Assembly: GCF_009914755.1 (NCBI RefSeq)
Contig: NC_060940.1
Strand: one strand, 5' to 3'
From: the human T2T-CHM13v2.0 reference genome, Homo sapiens
Length of the DNA stretch: 64,000 nucleotides
How positions within the stretch are numbered: position 1 is the stretch's first letter; every line of letters starts with the position of its first letter. This document shows, piece after piece, positions 17,706 through 30,380 of this stretch. A program made the position numbers and the translations under genes. Under the pieces are notes generated by a model, which searched no databases, was not told the DNA's origin, and was given only the letters and a program-made list of their open reading frames with translations.

Positions 17706-19579
17706 TGGTTCCCATTATATCTTTCCCTTTTTCATCGCTCACCTCTCTAGTCCTTAAATAACATAGAGATCCTGTAGACTGCAATAAACCCAAAGACACG
17801 CTGGTTGTTCTAGAGGAGGCTAAAGCAAGTCTTCCGACCCAAGCAGATACGCTGGAGATGGCACATCAATTGTCTTGTCAAAAGAGGAAAAAAAAACACG
17901 CAAGGGCCACGTATTTGATTTTTACAGTGAACGATGAATTCATCTGTGGTCAGAGCATCACTCGGGCAGAGACGGGCAGTGCCCTCGAAGATGCCTCCAA
18001 ACCCACAGCCTCCAATCCCAACCCAATCCCAGCCCAGGAGCTTCCAAAGACCTAAGCCCTGAGGAGAATGGGAATCAGGAGTGACGGTAATGATGACAAA
18101 GGCTCAGCCCATCAGCTGTGTTAGAAAAAAAAAGGAAGAGAAAACTTGCTAAGTGGAGAGCCAAATTCACCTCGCCCCACATGCAGCCACGCCCAAAACT
18201 CCCATGCCCACCCAACAAGCCATGTCTTTTGAACCATGCTATCACCCCGAAAAGTGACTCTTTTGAGGTCACACTCTGATGGCAGAAAAAACTCCCATGT
18301 GCTTGGAAGGAAATGAAAACTCTAGTGATATACCTTTGGCTTGCCTCCAGATGGAGAAAGAAAATCTTAAGAAATGTTGAGCTATTGCAACATCCCCTTT
18401 TTGGGAAAAACAATATTTCCAGCAGATGGGAGAATCATAAAAAGTAAGGAAGCACGGTCGGGAAGGGTTGCCTAGAATGATCCACAGTGTCTGCAGTGGC
18501 CATCTTCCCCCAGCCCACTTCAGAATCCACAAACACGCATGATGGTAGCAGCCAGCTCAGGGTCAAAGACAGAACTTGGGGCTAGAAACTAGGACTTGGG
18601 ATGGCCCACAAGTGGGTCCAGCCATGACCCTGGTCATCTGGGTGCTGGGTAGTTGAGCCTACCAGGTACAGAAGGAACCCCGCCGAGGAGGCTTTGGGGT
18701 CTGAAGAATGGAATTTGGGCTCCAGCGAGGGACTTAACAGCATTTCCTCTATAGCCTCAAAGGTATTTGAATCAGGAACACTAGCTTCACAGCCAGAGGC
18801 CTGATAATCTCCTTCTCCCCTTTCATTGAAAAAGAAAATATCTAAGATACTGGAGAATACAGTAAAATCCTTAACTCTGTTCCCCCACCCCCGCTTTTTT
18901 TTCCTTCATTCCTAGCGGCAAGGCTGGATAAGCTTATCAAGAGCAGGCAAACTACATCTTAGCTCTGATCCTTTCGAGAAATCCATTTGGCGCCTTTAAC
19001 GTTTCATTTGGCAGATTGAATTTCGGGCATGTATTTATGGGACTGGGTTTGCCCTTAATAGAGTATTGCATAAATCCCATTACAGTATCCACTTCAGTGT
19101 GTTTGGGGTTTTCTAAGCCAGGGCTTTATCTAAGTGGACAGCATGGGAATGACCCACTCTGGCTCAGAAACTCCCGCCTCTGCCCTGGAACCAACCTTTG
19201 CAGATTGCCTCCATCATCATCAATGTCAAATGATGTTTTGGGAAAAGTTCTGGGAAGGGTCAGAATGAAGCATGTCCCATCCACAAAGAAGGTGGTGACA
19301 AGCGTGTCATCACCTGCTAGTAAATTACAGGATTTCCTTCCAGGAACCACCTCGCTCCACATCCCTCTTCCTTCTGGCAACAGCCAGAGAAAGTCTGTTA
19401 TCCACACAATGCCTTTCTGTCTTTCGTAAGTATGCAATGATGAAGATGCATTACTTGTCATTTCTGAAAACAAAACAATTATTAAGAAAAGTGAGCTATA
19501 AACAAAACAGATCAGGCTTAGCAACCCTGAATAAGCCAGTTCTCTGTAACCCTCAAGTTAATCATTTAAAAAAACAATG

Positions 19580-19905
19580 GGGCCAGGCACAATGGCTCAT
19601 GCCTGTAATCCCAAAACTTGGGGAGGCCAAGGCAGAAGGATCACTTGAGGCCAGGAGTTCGAGACCAGCCTGGGTAACATAGCAAGACCCCATTTCTACA
19701 AAAATAATACTGATAATTACAAAATTAGCCAGGTGTGGTAGCACACATCTGTAGCCCCAGCTACTTGGGAGGCTGATGTGGGAGGGTCTCTTCAGTTCAG
19801 GAGTTCAGGGCTATAGTGAGCTATGACTGCACCACTGCACTCTAGCTTGGGCAACAGAGCGAGACCCTGTCTCTAAGAAAAAAAAAAAAAGAAGAAGAAG
19901 AAGAA
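19580..19905 (+). mobile_element. Alu (J-type) with A/(GAA)n tail
   Basis: Alu consensus. Confidence 0.93.
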
Positions 19906-20926
19906 TGGAATTAGCAATCCCAACAACACAGGTGTGGAGTTTTAATGCAGATGAAAGAAGAAAGCATGCTTAGCTCACAGGAGGTGCTCAGTGACGCTTG
20001 GCCCATGCACTCATGGCACACACCTTAGTTCATCTTTCCTAGCTGGCTCTTTCTTGGCAGGGCTGGACAGGCCACTTACTTCCCAGGCAACAAGGCAGAG
20101 ATGCCTGTAAGATGCCTTCTGCGTACATGGTTCAGGTCCGGCGTGGCACGCACCATATGCAAGAGTCAGGGGTTACACCAGGCTGAAGTGTCAGTACATT
20201 AAGAACCATTTCCTTCCTCCTGGGATCTGTCCTGGAAGCACGCACAGAACTCTCCATTCACTGACTTTTCACATAAATAGACTCCAAAGCAGAAATGCAT
20301 GGAAAGGGGCTGACAGCGGGCCTCAGAGCCCCACATAAAGCTAAAGGAAAGCCATTTGGCCTTCTGGAACCTTCTTTTACCAAGGCACACTGTCCCCTCA
20401 CCCCCTACAAGAACCCAGCAATCCATTATCTGGTCACTTTCTTCTACGACACAAGCAAGTTTTTAAAAAAGGCAACGGCAGCTGCAGTAAACGAAGAAGT
20501 GTACGTGATGAGGGCCCTTTGGGCTATTTCAGGCTCTGTCCCTGCCTGAAGGTGGCTGTGGGTTTGGTTACATCTAAGTTGGGCCTCAGAGCTTGTGAAG
20601 GTAAATGCTTCCTGATGAGAAGGAAAAAAAAAAGTCTAAGGAGTCTTCATTGATTCAACCGACATCTACAAAGTTCCTACTATGTGCCAGGCTCCAGCAG
20701 GTGGCCAAAGGGAACCTGGTATACTAAAGACCTGGTGCCCTCTCTCCAGGGCTGAATCCTCCAAGGATTCTCTCATTGACTTTATTTTCATCTTACATCA
20801 CCCGTGAGCAGCTGGGGTAGATGTTGTGCAGTTACTGAAGAATTTGTATGTACTATAGGAGGCATGAAGAATGCATGACTTTATTTACTTCCAACTAAAG
20901 GCAGGAAGTAGTAGTAATGTCTCCAC

Positions 20927-21284
20927 TGATATGGTTTGGCTGTGTCCCCACCCAAATCTCACCTTGAATTGTAATAATCCCCACATGCCAAGGGCGGGGC
21001 CAGGTGGAGATAACTGAATCATGGGGGCCGTTTCCCCCATCCTGTTCTCATGGTAGGGAATAAGTCTCATGAGATCTGATGGTTTAATAAATGGGAGTTC
21101 CCCTGCACATGCTCTCTTACCTGCCATCAAGTAAGACATGACTTTGCTCCTCGTTCGCCTTCTGCCATGATTGTGCGGCCTCCCCAGCCATGTTAGAACT
21201 TCGAGTCAATTAAATCTCTTTCCTTTATAAATTACTCAGTCTCGGGTATGTCTTTATTAGCAGTGTGAGAAAAGACAATTACAC
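20927..21284. mobile_element. THE1/MST MaLR solo LTR
   Basis: TGATATGGTTTGGCTGTGTCCCCACCCAAATCTC ... TTTATTAGCAGTGTGAGAA. Confidence 0.9.
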
Positions 21285-23564
21285 GGTCTAAGAGATGAGC
21301 ATGTCAAGGCCCAGAGAGATGAAGTGACTTGCCCAAGGTCATACAGACAGGAAGGGGTAAAGGGATTTGAACCAAGGCTGTCTGGCTCCAGAGTCCCCAC
21401 TCATTGCCATGATATCGCCTTGCTTTCAGGAGTTTGCTGTGGTCTGATCTCAGCACTACCACCGTGGCTGGCACATAGTAGGGGCGTGGATGGCACATAG
21501 TATGGGCCCAGGCAGCATTGGTGAAACTGAATTTGATCATCTTATTTAAAGCTACTGCAATCACATTCAGCTTTTAAGCTACGGGTTGGGAACGAGGTCA
21601 TTCTATAAAAATGGAAAGCAGAAATTTACCCTGAGGAATTTTTTAGAGTTAGGGATAGAAGTCCAAAAGGGAATCTACTTCAAATGACCAGAGAGCTAAG
21701 ACATGACCTCAATACAATATGATTAAATGAGATGCAGTGGAGAATTACATAACAGTTCAGAAACACAATTTACATCTCCACTGGTGCTTTCCTTTTTATT
21801 AAACTAGCATTTCTGTTACACTGACAATACAGAAGAGCAAGGTCTTCTGGAACTGTTTGGCTTACACAGGCGTGAGAGAAGTGAAGACTTATTCCATTCA
21901 CTGGGTAACATATGGGTTTCCCAGAGAGAAAGTCCACACAGCCATGCATGTGAAATGGGTGATGATAACAATAGTAATTGCTGACCCTCTTGAGTCCTTC
22001 CTGGGGGCCAGACCTGTGCGAAATGATCCACCTGCATTAGCTCATTGAATCCTCATGAGAACCTTCTGTGGCAGGTAAACAGTATGGGTCCCATTTTACA
22101 GATCCGAAAACTGAGTGAAGCCGAGCTCTAAACTCAGGCCATCTGTCTGAGGCTCTCAGTCCTTAGACTACATTTGGAACACTTTACTCAAAGAACACCA
22201 ATTATGATAAGGAAAAAAGAAAAAAAACGATGCTTGCCAAAATCCAGACATCTCAGACATGAAGGCAAGAGATCCGGAACCATCTGGGCCCGTGTAGGGT
22301 ACAAGCTGCCGGCTTCCCACTTTAATACCATTCCCTTGGGCTAAACTCCCACATGTGGCCACAGAAACCCACTTTTCAAACCCGGCATCCTCCGCCTCCA
22401 ATCGTATTTGGCTCCACAGAAGCCAAGAAGGCATTTGGGGACAAGCAATCTTTATCTGTACCAAATGTTTATTGGAGCCACTCCAGGAAATGGTCCCACG
22501 TGAAGCCAATGTGCACGATGTCACCCACATCTGCTTGGAATGCACTTGTATCTACATTGCAATGCTCAGAGTTACATGTCTCTTGAAACGCCACCCTGCA
22601 CAGCTATCACCTGGTCCAACAAGAATAACAGCCTACTGTTCGTGGAGCGGTTGTTTAGATAAAGAGAAGAGAGGGAAGGAGGAATCAGATCGCTCCTTCA
22701 AAATACCTCTCCCCATGCACCAATTACAGAAAATTGTTCTGGGAGGCAGGAGGAGCTCTCCAAAGTGTTTAGGAACACAAATCTGGCAAGTTTAAAAAAT
22801 ACAGTGAAGTTCACTTTCCTGAACTCCAGCATCATGTCCTCAAAGCTAAATCATACTGAGCAGTATTTGCAGCAAAGAGGCTGAATACTGGTTGCCGCAC
22901 GGTGCAGTCAGCCTTTCTGGACGGGATCATACATACTTACCAACAGAATTCTTGAGGTTTGCAGAGGAACCAAAATTACAAACTATCAGAAGAAGAAAAA
23001 CCCTCACATCAAATGCGAATGGAACATTCAGGAAGAGAGAAAGGATTAAAGAAATGGAAAAGACGAAAACCTTTCCCACTGGGTAGAAGGAAGGAGCACT
23101 GGTTTCCAAAACCACTAAGGGGCCCTTAATGGCCAGAGAGGGAGAATATTTAAAAAGGTCTGCAATTCTAGAATTTCCCCACAGATGAGATCAGGCATCT
23201 GTGAGACGAACCTAATCGCAGAGGAAAACAGGAAGAAGATGATGATGTTAATAGCGCTCTCCCCTAACTTTGGTTTGGTGGCTGACCCAACCCATAGCAT
23301 TTTTATAGCCATTATTTCATTCAATATGGTAATTGTGAAGGTAAGAGATAGCATGAATGACCACTACTCTTGTACTTCACCAAAAAAGCCTATTGTATGG
23401 GACACTGATGTCCTCATTGGGGCAACTATGGCCAAGGTAAATGTTAAGTGGAGGCCAGATTAAACATACGCTACGTAAGAGTGGAGGACTGTCAGATACT
23501 TGACTATATGTAAGGTAGACACTGATAGCATGGGTGCCTGAATCAGACTACCAGCGTTCACATC

Positions 23565-23935
23565 TGTATCAGTTCATTCCCGCATCCCTAGAAAGAACAA
23601 CTTGAGACTGGATAATTTATGAAGAAAAGAGATTTAATTGACTCAGTTCCACAGGCTGTACAGGACGCATGGCTAGGAGGCTTCAGAAGACTTACAATCA
23701 TGGCAGAAGGTGAAGGGGAAGCAAGCATATGGTGGCAGGAGAGAGAGAGTGAAGGGGGAGGTGCTACACACTTCGAAACCATCAGATCTCATGAGAACTC
23801 ACTCATTATCACGAGAACAGTAAGGGGAAAGTCCGCCCCCATGATCCAATCACCTCCCACCAGGCCCCTCCCTCAACACTGGGAATTACAATTCAACATG
23901 AGATTTGGGTGGGGACACAGAGCCAAACCATATCA
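23565..23935. mobile_element. THE1/MST MaLR solo LTR (opposite orientation to 20927)
   Basis: Ends GAGATTTGGGTGGGGACACAGAGCCAAACCATATCA. Confidence 0.9.
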
Positions 23936-24818
23936 GCATCCAAGCTCAACAGCTCACTTACTAGGTGATCTTGTATGAGTCAGTACACCTCCATGTCTGT
24001 TTTCTCATTTATAAATTAGATCTGATCATTGAAATTAAAGAGTTGTCATAAGGATGAGTGCAATACAGAAATATTGGTAAATTCTGGTAAATACAGAAAT
24101 TTAAGCTGTTATCAAATCATTGTCATCATCATAGTGGCTAAAAGTTAGTGAAGCAATGATTTAGATCAAGTATGGCAGGCACATGGCATACGTGGCACAA
24201 TTTCTTCCTCCTGCATCCATGGTGGACATGGCTAGTTGATTGCAGAACTTTGCCTTTAAACTCAGATGCAGCCTCAGAATTGGTCACACAGAGTTCCAGT
24301 TATCCCCAAACAAAGTTGACGGACAGATGGGTGAAAGATTTTTTGCTACCCTCTAGAACCTCATCAGAAACCAGATAAAACCAGCCGCTCCCAGAGAAAC
24401 AGTCACTTCTTGTTGGATAGTGGAAAAGAGCGGCTCCCTAAATTACAGTCATCCTTCCAAAGACCGACATAATTTTGCCATATCTGCATGTATTGTGTGC
24501 TATTATTTATGCAATGTTTATTTGAATATATTTAAAAGAGAAACTTATACCTGCATCCCAAATGAAAAATGAGTTGACACAAGCCCTAAACAGAAGATAA
24601 TGTGAAAAGAAAGAAAAGAAAGGAGGAATGGTACTGTTGTAATCCGGCTAGAAAACACTGTAGTAGTAGGTTCTGAATGTCTGCTTTCCATTGTTAAAAA
24701 GGGAAACTGACAAGTTTTAGAAAGGTGATAAAGATGTGCTAACAACAAACCGAGACTTCCTCTTTGACTCAACCACTTCCTATAAGATTCAATGTCATTT
24801 AAATTGTGCCAAGGTACC

Positions 24819-25250
24819 TGTAGTAGGCAGCTCCTAAGATGGCCCCAAGGATACCCACTCCAGTATCCCCACTCCCACCCAAATCCATCCGGAATGTGAG
24901 CCAGATTTAGTCACTCACTTCTAATAAACAGAAAAAATACAGAAGTGATGGTATTCCACATTCAAGGTTTGGTTCTAAAAAGACTGCAGCGTATTAGGTG
25001 CATCTTAGGTGCTGTCTCTCCCATATTCTCTCTTAGATCCTTGGCTTTTGGGGAATCCAACTGTCATGTTGTGAGCTTCCCTATGGTTAGGACCTGTAAG
25101 AGGCTTCCAGCTAACAGCCAGCAAGGAAGGAACTGGGGCCCTTGGTGCAACAGCCCATGCAAAACTGAGGCCAGCTAACAACTACGTAAGTGAATTTGGA
25201 AGCAAATCCTCCCCAGTAGAACTTTCAGATGAGACCAAAGATCTGGCCGT
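24819..25250. mobile_element. MLT1-family LTR fragment
   Basis: TGTAGTAGGCAGCTCCTAAGATGGCCCC start; AACAGCCAGCAAGGAA motif. Confidence 0.7.
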
Positions 25251-26081
25251 CAACATGAATGCAGAATGAACTGATAACCTTCATAACATTTTCTAATTAA
25301 CACATATTCATTGAGAAAGCAAAGATTCAAGAGATGCACTGAACCAGAGCACGCTGCTTGCTCACCCATACAGGCAAACAATAAGTGGTAAGTATCAGAA
25401 TGACTTCCTGGATGAGAATTTTCATGTACACATACACACATAATTACAGTCAGCACAACTGCATTCAATGTCAGCCATTTCTATCAGCTCTTTCTCGTTC
25501 TTTGATCTTAATTACATGAACAAGTAGCAGACCATGAGCCTTAGAGGCCTGTGGACCTGAGTTCCAGTGCCCCCTCTGCCCCTAATGAACTGTGTGGCCT
25601 TGAAATAGAAATGGAATCTTATCCGTTCATCTGCAGAATCTGGATACTAAGTTCCACTTCACATGTCAATGAAAGGAATAGATGCATTTGTATTTGAATG
25701 TGATTAGCATGGTTTATGGTTGCCTAAATAAAATATAAGCTTCCTAGTGTAATATTCTCCATGGACTACTGCTCTCTGCTACGATCTATAATAACCCAGG
25801 CTGGAGAAGTCCAGTAGGGGTAAGTTTCACACTTTGGGTCAGGGGAGTCAGCACTGCATAGAAATCTAAAGCAAAGGTGGCTGAACGAGAAAAGCTAAGT
25901 TCCAACACTTACTAATGGCGTGGCTGTGAGCATGGTACCGACCCTCATCTGTAAAACGGGCATAACCAGTGCCTACCTATGTTCTGATGGCTGAATGAGA
26001 TAATATAGTTAAGGACTCAGAGTAGTGCCAGGCACACAATAAAACAAACAAATGTTACATATTTTGTCAAAATTATCATTA

Positions 26082-26224
26082 ATTTTTTTGAGATGTATTC
26101 TTGCTTTGTCACCCAGGCTGGAGTGCCTCAGCTCATGCCTCCGCACTCCAGCCTGGGCGACAGAACGCCTCCCAGGTTCAAGCGATTCTCCTGCCTCAGC
26201 CTCTCGAGTAGCTGGGACGACAGG
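26082..26224 (-). mobile_element. Rearranged Alu right-arm fragment with an internal inverted copy
   Basis: Antisense Alu carrying a sense GCACTCCAGCCTGGGCGACAGA block. Confidence 0.85.
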
Positions 26225-26904
26225 AAAAATTATCATTTATTGTTATTATCACTATCATAATTTAATTCATAAGTGGTTATATAGAGACCTTTATGATAAA
26301 TCCAGCTCACTGAAATGTTTTGTTTGGCCACACAGGGTGTTACTGAAAAAAACACAAAACTGAATTAGTTGTTAATATTTATTAAATATTGCACTAAAAA
26401 AAAGGAAATTTCCGGTTGCTTTTAATACCTGAAAGAATGGATAACCCTGGGCCTGATTCTCTTACAGTCACAGGCAGTGGAGCCAAGAAGCAACAGTCCA
26501 CTGCCTCTGCTCTTCTGTCCACCAAAGTCCTCACCATTCCCTATCGCCCTGCACCTGTCCTAGAGTACCAACTTACTTCTCCTGGCCTCAAGGGAATTGG
26601 GACTTTGGACTCTTGTTTTAATTCCTTAAAGTCCTGCCTTAAATTTCAAATTCTTGGATGATTTTTTTAAATAGCAGGTACTCTAAGTAGCAATCGCAAG
26701 AACAGATCTTGAATAAGATTAAGTCTCCCTCAGGAAATCCTCAGCAACACTAAGTGTCAGATAATGGCTGAGGATAAAGATAGGATCATTATCAAAAGGA
26801 GGATAAAGATCCAGCTCTCTACAATAACCCTCCACACGTGACCCAAAAATGAGCTTCCAGAGCTTAAACGTCAAAGCGTTAAAGTTATTTTTGCCATCCC
26901 CTTC

Positions 26905-27515
26905 TGTGATGGTTAATTTAATGTATCAACTTGATGTGGCCACAGAGTACCCAGATAGTCAGTCAGACATTCTTCTGGGGTGTCTTTGAGGATATTTCTG
27001 GTTGAGATTAACATTTGCACTGGTGGCTGATCCACCCCCATGTATGGTGAGCTCCTCTGCCTGGCTTCTTGAGCTGGGAAACCTGTCTTTTCCTGCCTTT
27101 GAGTTCAGATGAAAACATTGGCCCTTCCCAGATCTTGAGACTGCTGGTTTTCAGACTGGAACAACACTCTGGCCCTCCTGGGACCCAGCTTGCCACCGCA
27201 GGCCTTGGGACTTCTCAGCCATCATACTTGTATGAGCCAATTCCTTATAATGAAACTGTATGCGTGTGTCTCATATACATCCCATTGGTTGTTTCTCTGG
27301 AGAACCCTGACTAAAAAAGCTGTTATCAAATTGATAGTGCAGAGCTTACAACTCATTGCAGATCAGAATCAAAAGTGTTAAAGTGATTTTTGCCCACCTA
27401 CCCCCCACCTCCATGATGGTTAATTTTAGGTGTCAACTTGACTGGGTTATGGGGTGCCCAGATATTTGGTCATTCTTCTGGGGTGTCTGTGAGGGCGGTT
27501 CTGAATGAGATTAAC
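26905..27515. mobile_element. MLT2 LTR (26905-27313) plus a second MLT2 terminal fragment (27414-27515)
   Basis: TGATGGTTAATTT...TCAACTTGA...CCCAGATA occurs twice. Confidence 0.8.
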
Positions 27516-28297
27516 ACCACATATTGCCCCACATATTTAAGTTGAGGAGCCTCAACTCTCTGCAGACTTATCACTGCCACAGGCTGCCTGGAGCATTTTT
27601 AGACCCTGGAGGTTCCACAGCTCTGGATTCTCAATGAGCCCATGGATTCCCCCACCTTGAGAGAGGGGGCAAGGACCACCCCAGGGGATGCTGGGAAGAA
27701 CTGCAGAGCATCCTCCAATAAGCCTTTGCAGCTCTCTTCCCTCTTCCCCATCTCCTGAGCCCAGCTTTCTGCATCCTCATTCTTTTGGAGGAAAGACAAA
27801 AACAAGATCGCCTTATTCCTACTCAAATTAGCAACTTCATGGCTTAACCTTCCTCCAAAACTAAACTGAGAGTGGCAATATAGGGGATTTGGATTTTCTT
27901 CTTCACATATTCATCTCCTAAATGTTTCTCGGTGAACGTGTGTTACTTTAATCAGCAAAGATGATACAAATTATTGATTCATTCTGCATTCACTCTATGA
28001 GAGGCAGAGTTAGCTCAGCATTTGAGGACTGGACGCATTGGAGCAGACCGCTTGGGTGCAAATCTCGACTCAACTCTGTGACCTCAGGCAAGGGTCTTAA
28101 ATGCTTTTGTAAAATAAGTATGAAAATTGTAGTTACCTCACAGGGTGGCAGAGATTAAAAGTTAATTGAAGCAAAGGAATTGGCATGTGCCTGACAAATA
28201 GTAAATGCTCAGTAAGTACTTGCTACCTATATTATCATCATTTTATAGTATGTATATATAGTATGATATAAAATATAAACATACATGATATAGTATC

Positions 28298-28660
28298 TGA
28301 TATGGTTTGGCTCTGTGTCCCCACCCAAATCTCATCTCGAACTGTAATCCCCGTGTCGAGGGAGGGACCTGGTGGGAAGTGATTGGATCATGGGAGTGAT
28401 TTCCCCCATGCTGTTCTCATGATAGTGAGCGAGTTCTCACGAGATCTGATGGTTTAAAACTGACAGTTTCCCCTGCATTGTCTCTCTCTCCAGCCACCAT
28501 GTAAGATGTGCCTGCCTTCCTCTTTGCCTTCCACCATGATTGTAAGTTTCCTGAGGCCTCTCCAGCTATGCGGAACTGTGAGTCAATTAAACCTCTTTTG
28601 TTTATAAATTATCCAGCCTCAGGTGGTACCTTTATAGAAGTGTGAGAATGGACTAATACA
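28298..28660. mobile_element. THE1/MST MaLR solo LTR
   Basis: TGATATGGTTTGGCTCTGTGTCCCCACCC ... GAGAATGGACTAATACA. Confidence 0.9.
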
Positions 28661-28844
28661 GCATATATTAAGTTCCTGCTACATGACAGGCATTAGAAAC
28701 GTAGTGATACAACTAATCACCTAACCCCATGGGTCTTAACCTATCTAGCAGGAGTGGGACATTATATAAATACACACCTCTTTCTGTTCCAGGATCCAAT
28801 CCAAACTGCTTTGCACTTTGTCATCATATCTAGACTAGAGGGTT

Positions 28845-29350
28845 TTCTTTTTGAAAGCTCAAAGCTGATCCTTTTCCTGCTTTGAGCTCCCAATACTTTT
28901 CCATGACACTCTCAATAAAATCCAAACTCCTTGCTTTGGTCTCAATCTCAAAGCTCCCCATATTTTCACCCACTGACCCCTCTTCCTTTCCCCCACCAGG
29001 CTCCCCTCACTCAATGACCACCAGGCACACTGGCCGTTCATCAACTCTTTGAATCCCAAGCTTCCTCCAGCCTTCACATTTTCTGTGCCTCCTGGCTGGA
29101 AATCTGTTTCCTCAGAGGTCCTCATAATGTTTCCTCTTCATGTTTAGGTGTAAGTGCGAATATCACCTCCTCAAGGAGGCCTTCCCTGGTCATCCCAGCC
29201 AAACAAGTCTCAGCCCACCATAGTCACCGTCTAATACACAGTGGTTTTTAGAAGACCACTAATTGCTAAACTAATCCTATTTATATGTTTATAATTTACA
29301 GTCTAACCCTCAGTACTGGAGTATAGGGACCTTTTCTATCTTGTTCACTA
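28845..29350. mobile_element. L2 3' region
   Basis: AATAAAATCCAAACTCCTT and TCACCTCCTCAAGGAGGCCTTCCCTG L2 motifs. Confidence 0.7.
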
Positions 29351-29351
29351 C

Positions 29352-29652
29352 TTTTTTTGTCTTTTTGAGACAGGTTCTCACTCTGTCACCCAGGTTGCAA
29401 TGGTGATCACAGCTCACTGTAACCTCAAACTCCTGGGCTTCAGTGATCTTCCTGCCTCAACCTCCCAAGAAGTTGGGACTACAGACACATGCCACCATGT
29501 CCAGCTAACTTCTTCTTCTTTTTTTTTTTTTTAATAGAGACAGAGTCTCACTATGTTGCCCAGGCTGGTCTGGAATTCCTGGTCTCAAGTGATCCTCCCG
29601 CCTTGGCCTCCAAAGTGCTGGGACTACAGGCACAAGACACCATGCCCAGCTC
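29352..29652 (-). mobile_element. Alu (J-type)
   Basis: Reverse Alu consensus. Confidence 0.9.
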
Positions 29653-29659
29653 ACCATTT

Positions 29660-30380
29660 TATTGTAGGTGCCTAGGAGAGCATGCTGCACATAGTAGATG
29701 CTCAATAAATATTTGTTAAAATAAATACTATTGGAAGGAATGAATGGATGAAGGACAGGCATATATTTTCAAATGTTCACAGATGTGTCGCAAGAACCTA
29801 GTGCAGTGCCTGGCACATAGTAGGTGCTCAATGAGTACTTGTCAAAATACAGACTGAGGGAATGAATGGATAAAGGGCAGACATGCACTTTCAAATGTTC
29901 ATTGATGTGTCCCTAGAACCTAGCTATGGCACCTGGAGCATAGTAGGTGCTCACTAAATATTTGGTAAAATAAAAATGGGTTAGAAGAGTGAATGGATGA
30001 AGGGAGGACACCATTTGTTTTTTTAGACAGGGTCTCACTCTATCACCCAGACTGAAGTGCAGTAGCACGATCTCAGCTCACTACAACCTTTGCCTCCAGG
30101 GCTCAAACAATCCTCTCACCTCATCCTCCCAAGTAGCTAGGACCACAGGCACCAACATGCCAGGCTAATTGTTTGATTTTTGGAAAGACAGGGTTTCACT
30201 ATGTTACCCAGGCTGGTCTCAAGGAGCCTGAGCTTAAGAGATCTTCCTGCCTCAGCCTCCCAAAGTGCTGGGATTACAGGCATCAGCCACACTTGTTCAC
30301 TGATACGTCCCAAGAACCTAGCCCAGTGCCTGGCACGTAGAGGCTGCTCCATAAATATTAATATTTGTCAGATGAATGGC
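29660..30380 (+). repeat. About four degenerate tandem copies (about 122 bp period) of the L2 3' terminus, interrupted by an Alu at 30015-30290
   Basis: TGTTCAC..GATGTGTC...AGAACCTAG...GCCTGGCACATAGTAGGTGCTCAAT...GAATGGAT recurs; TTCAAATGTTCA at about 29768 and 29890. Confidence 0.8.

Noticed and set aside
29660-30380. Regularly spaced repeats superficially like a CRISPR array
   Set aside because: Eukaryotic context, degenerate L2-derived units, similar rather than unique spacers, and no cas genes.
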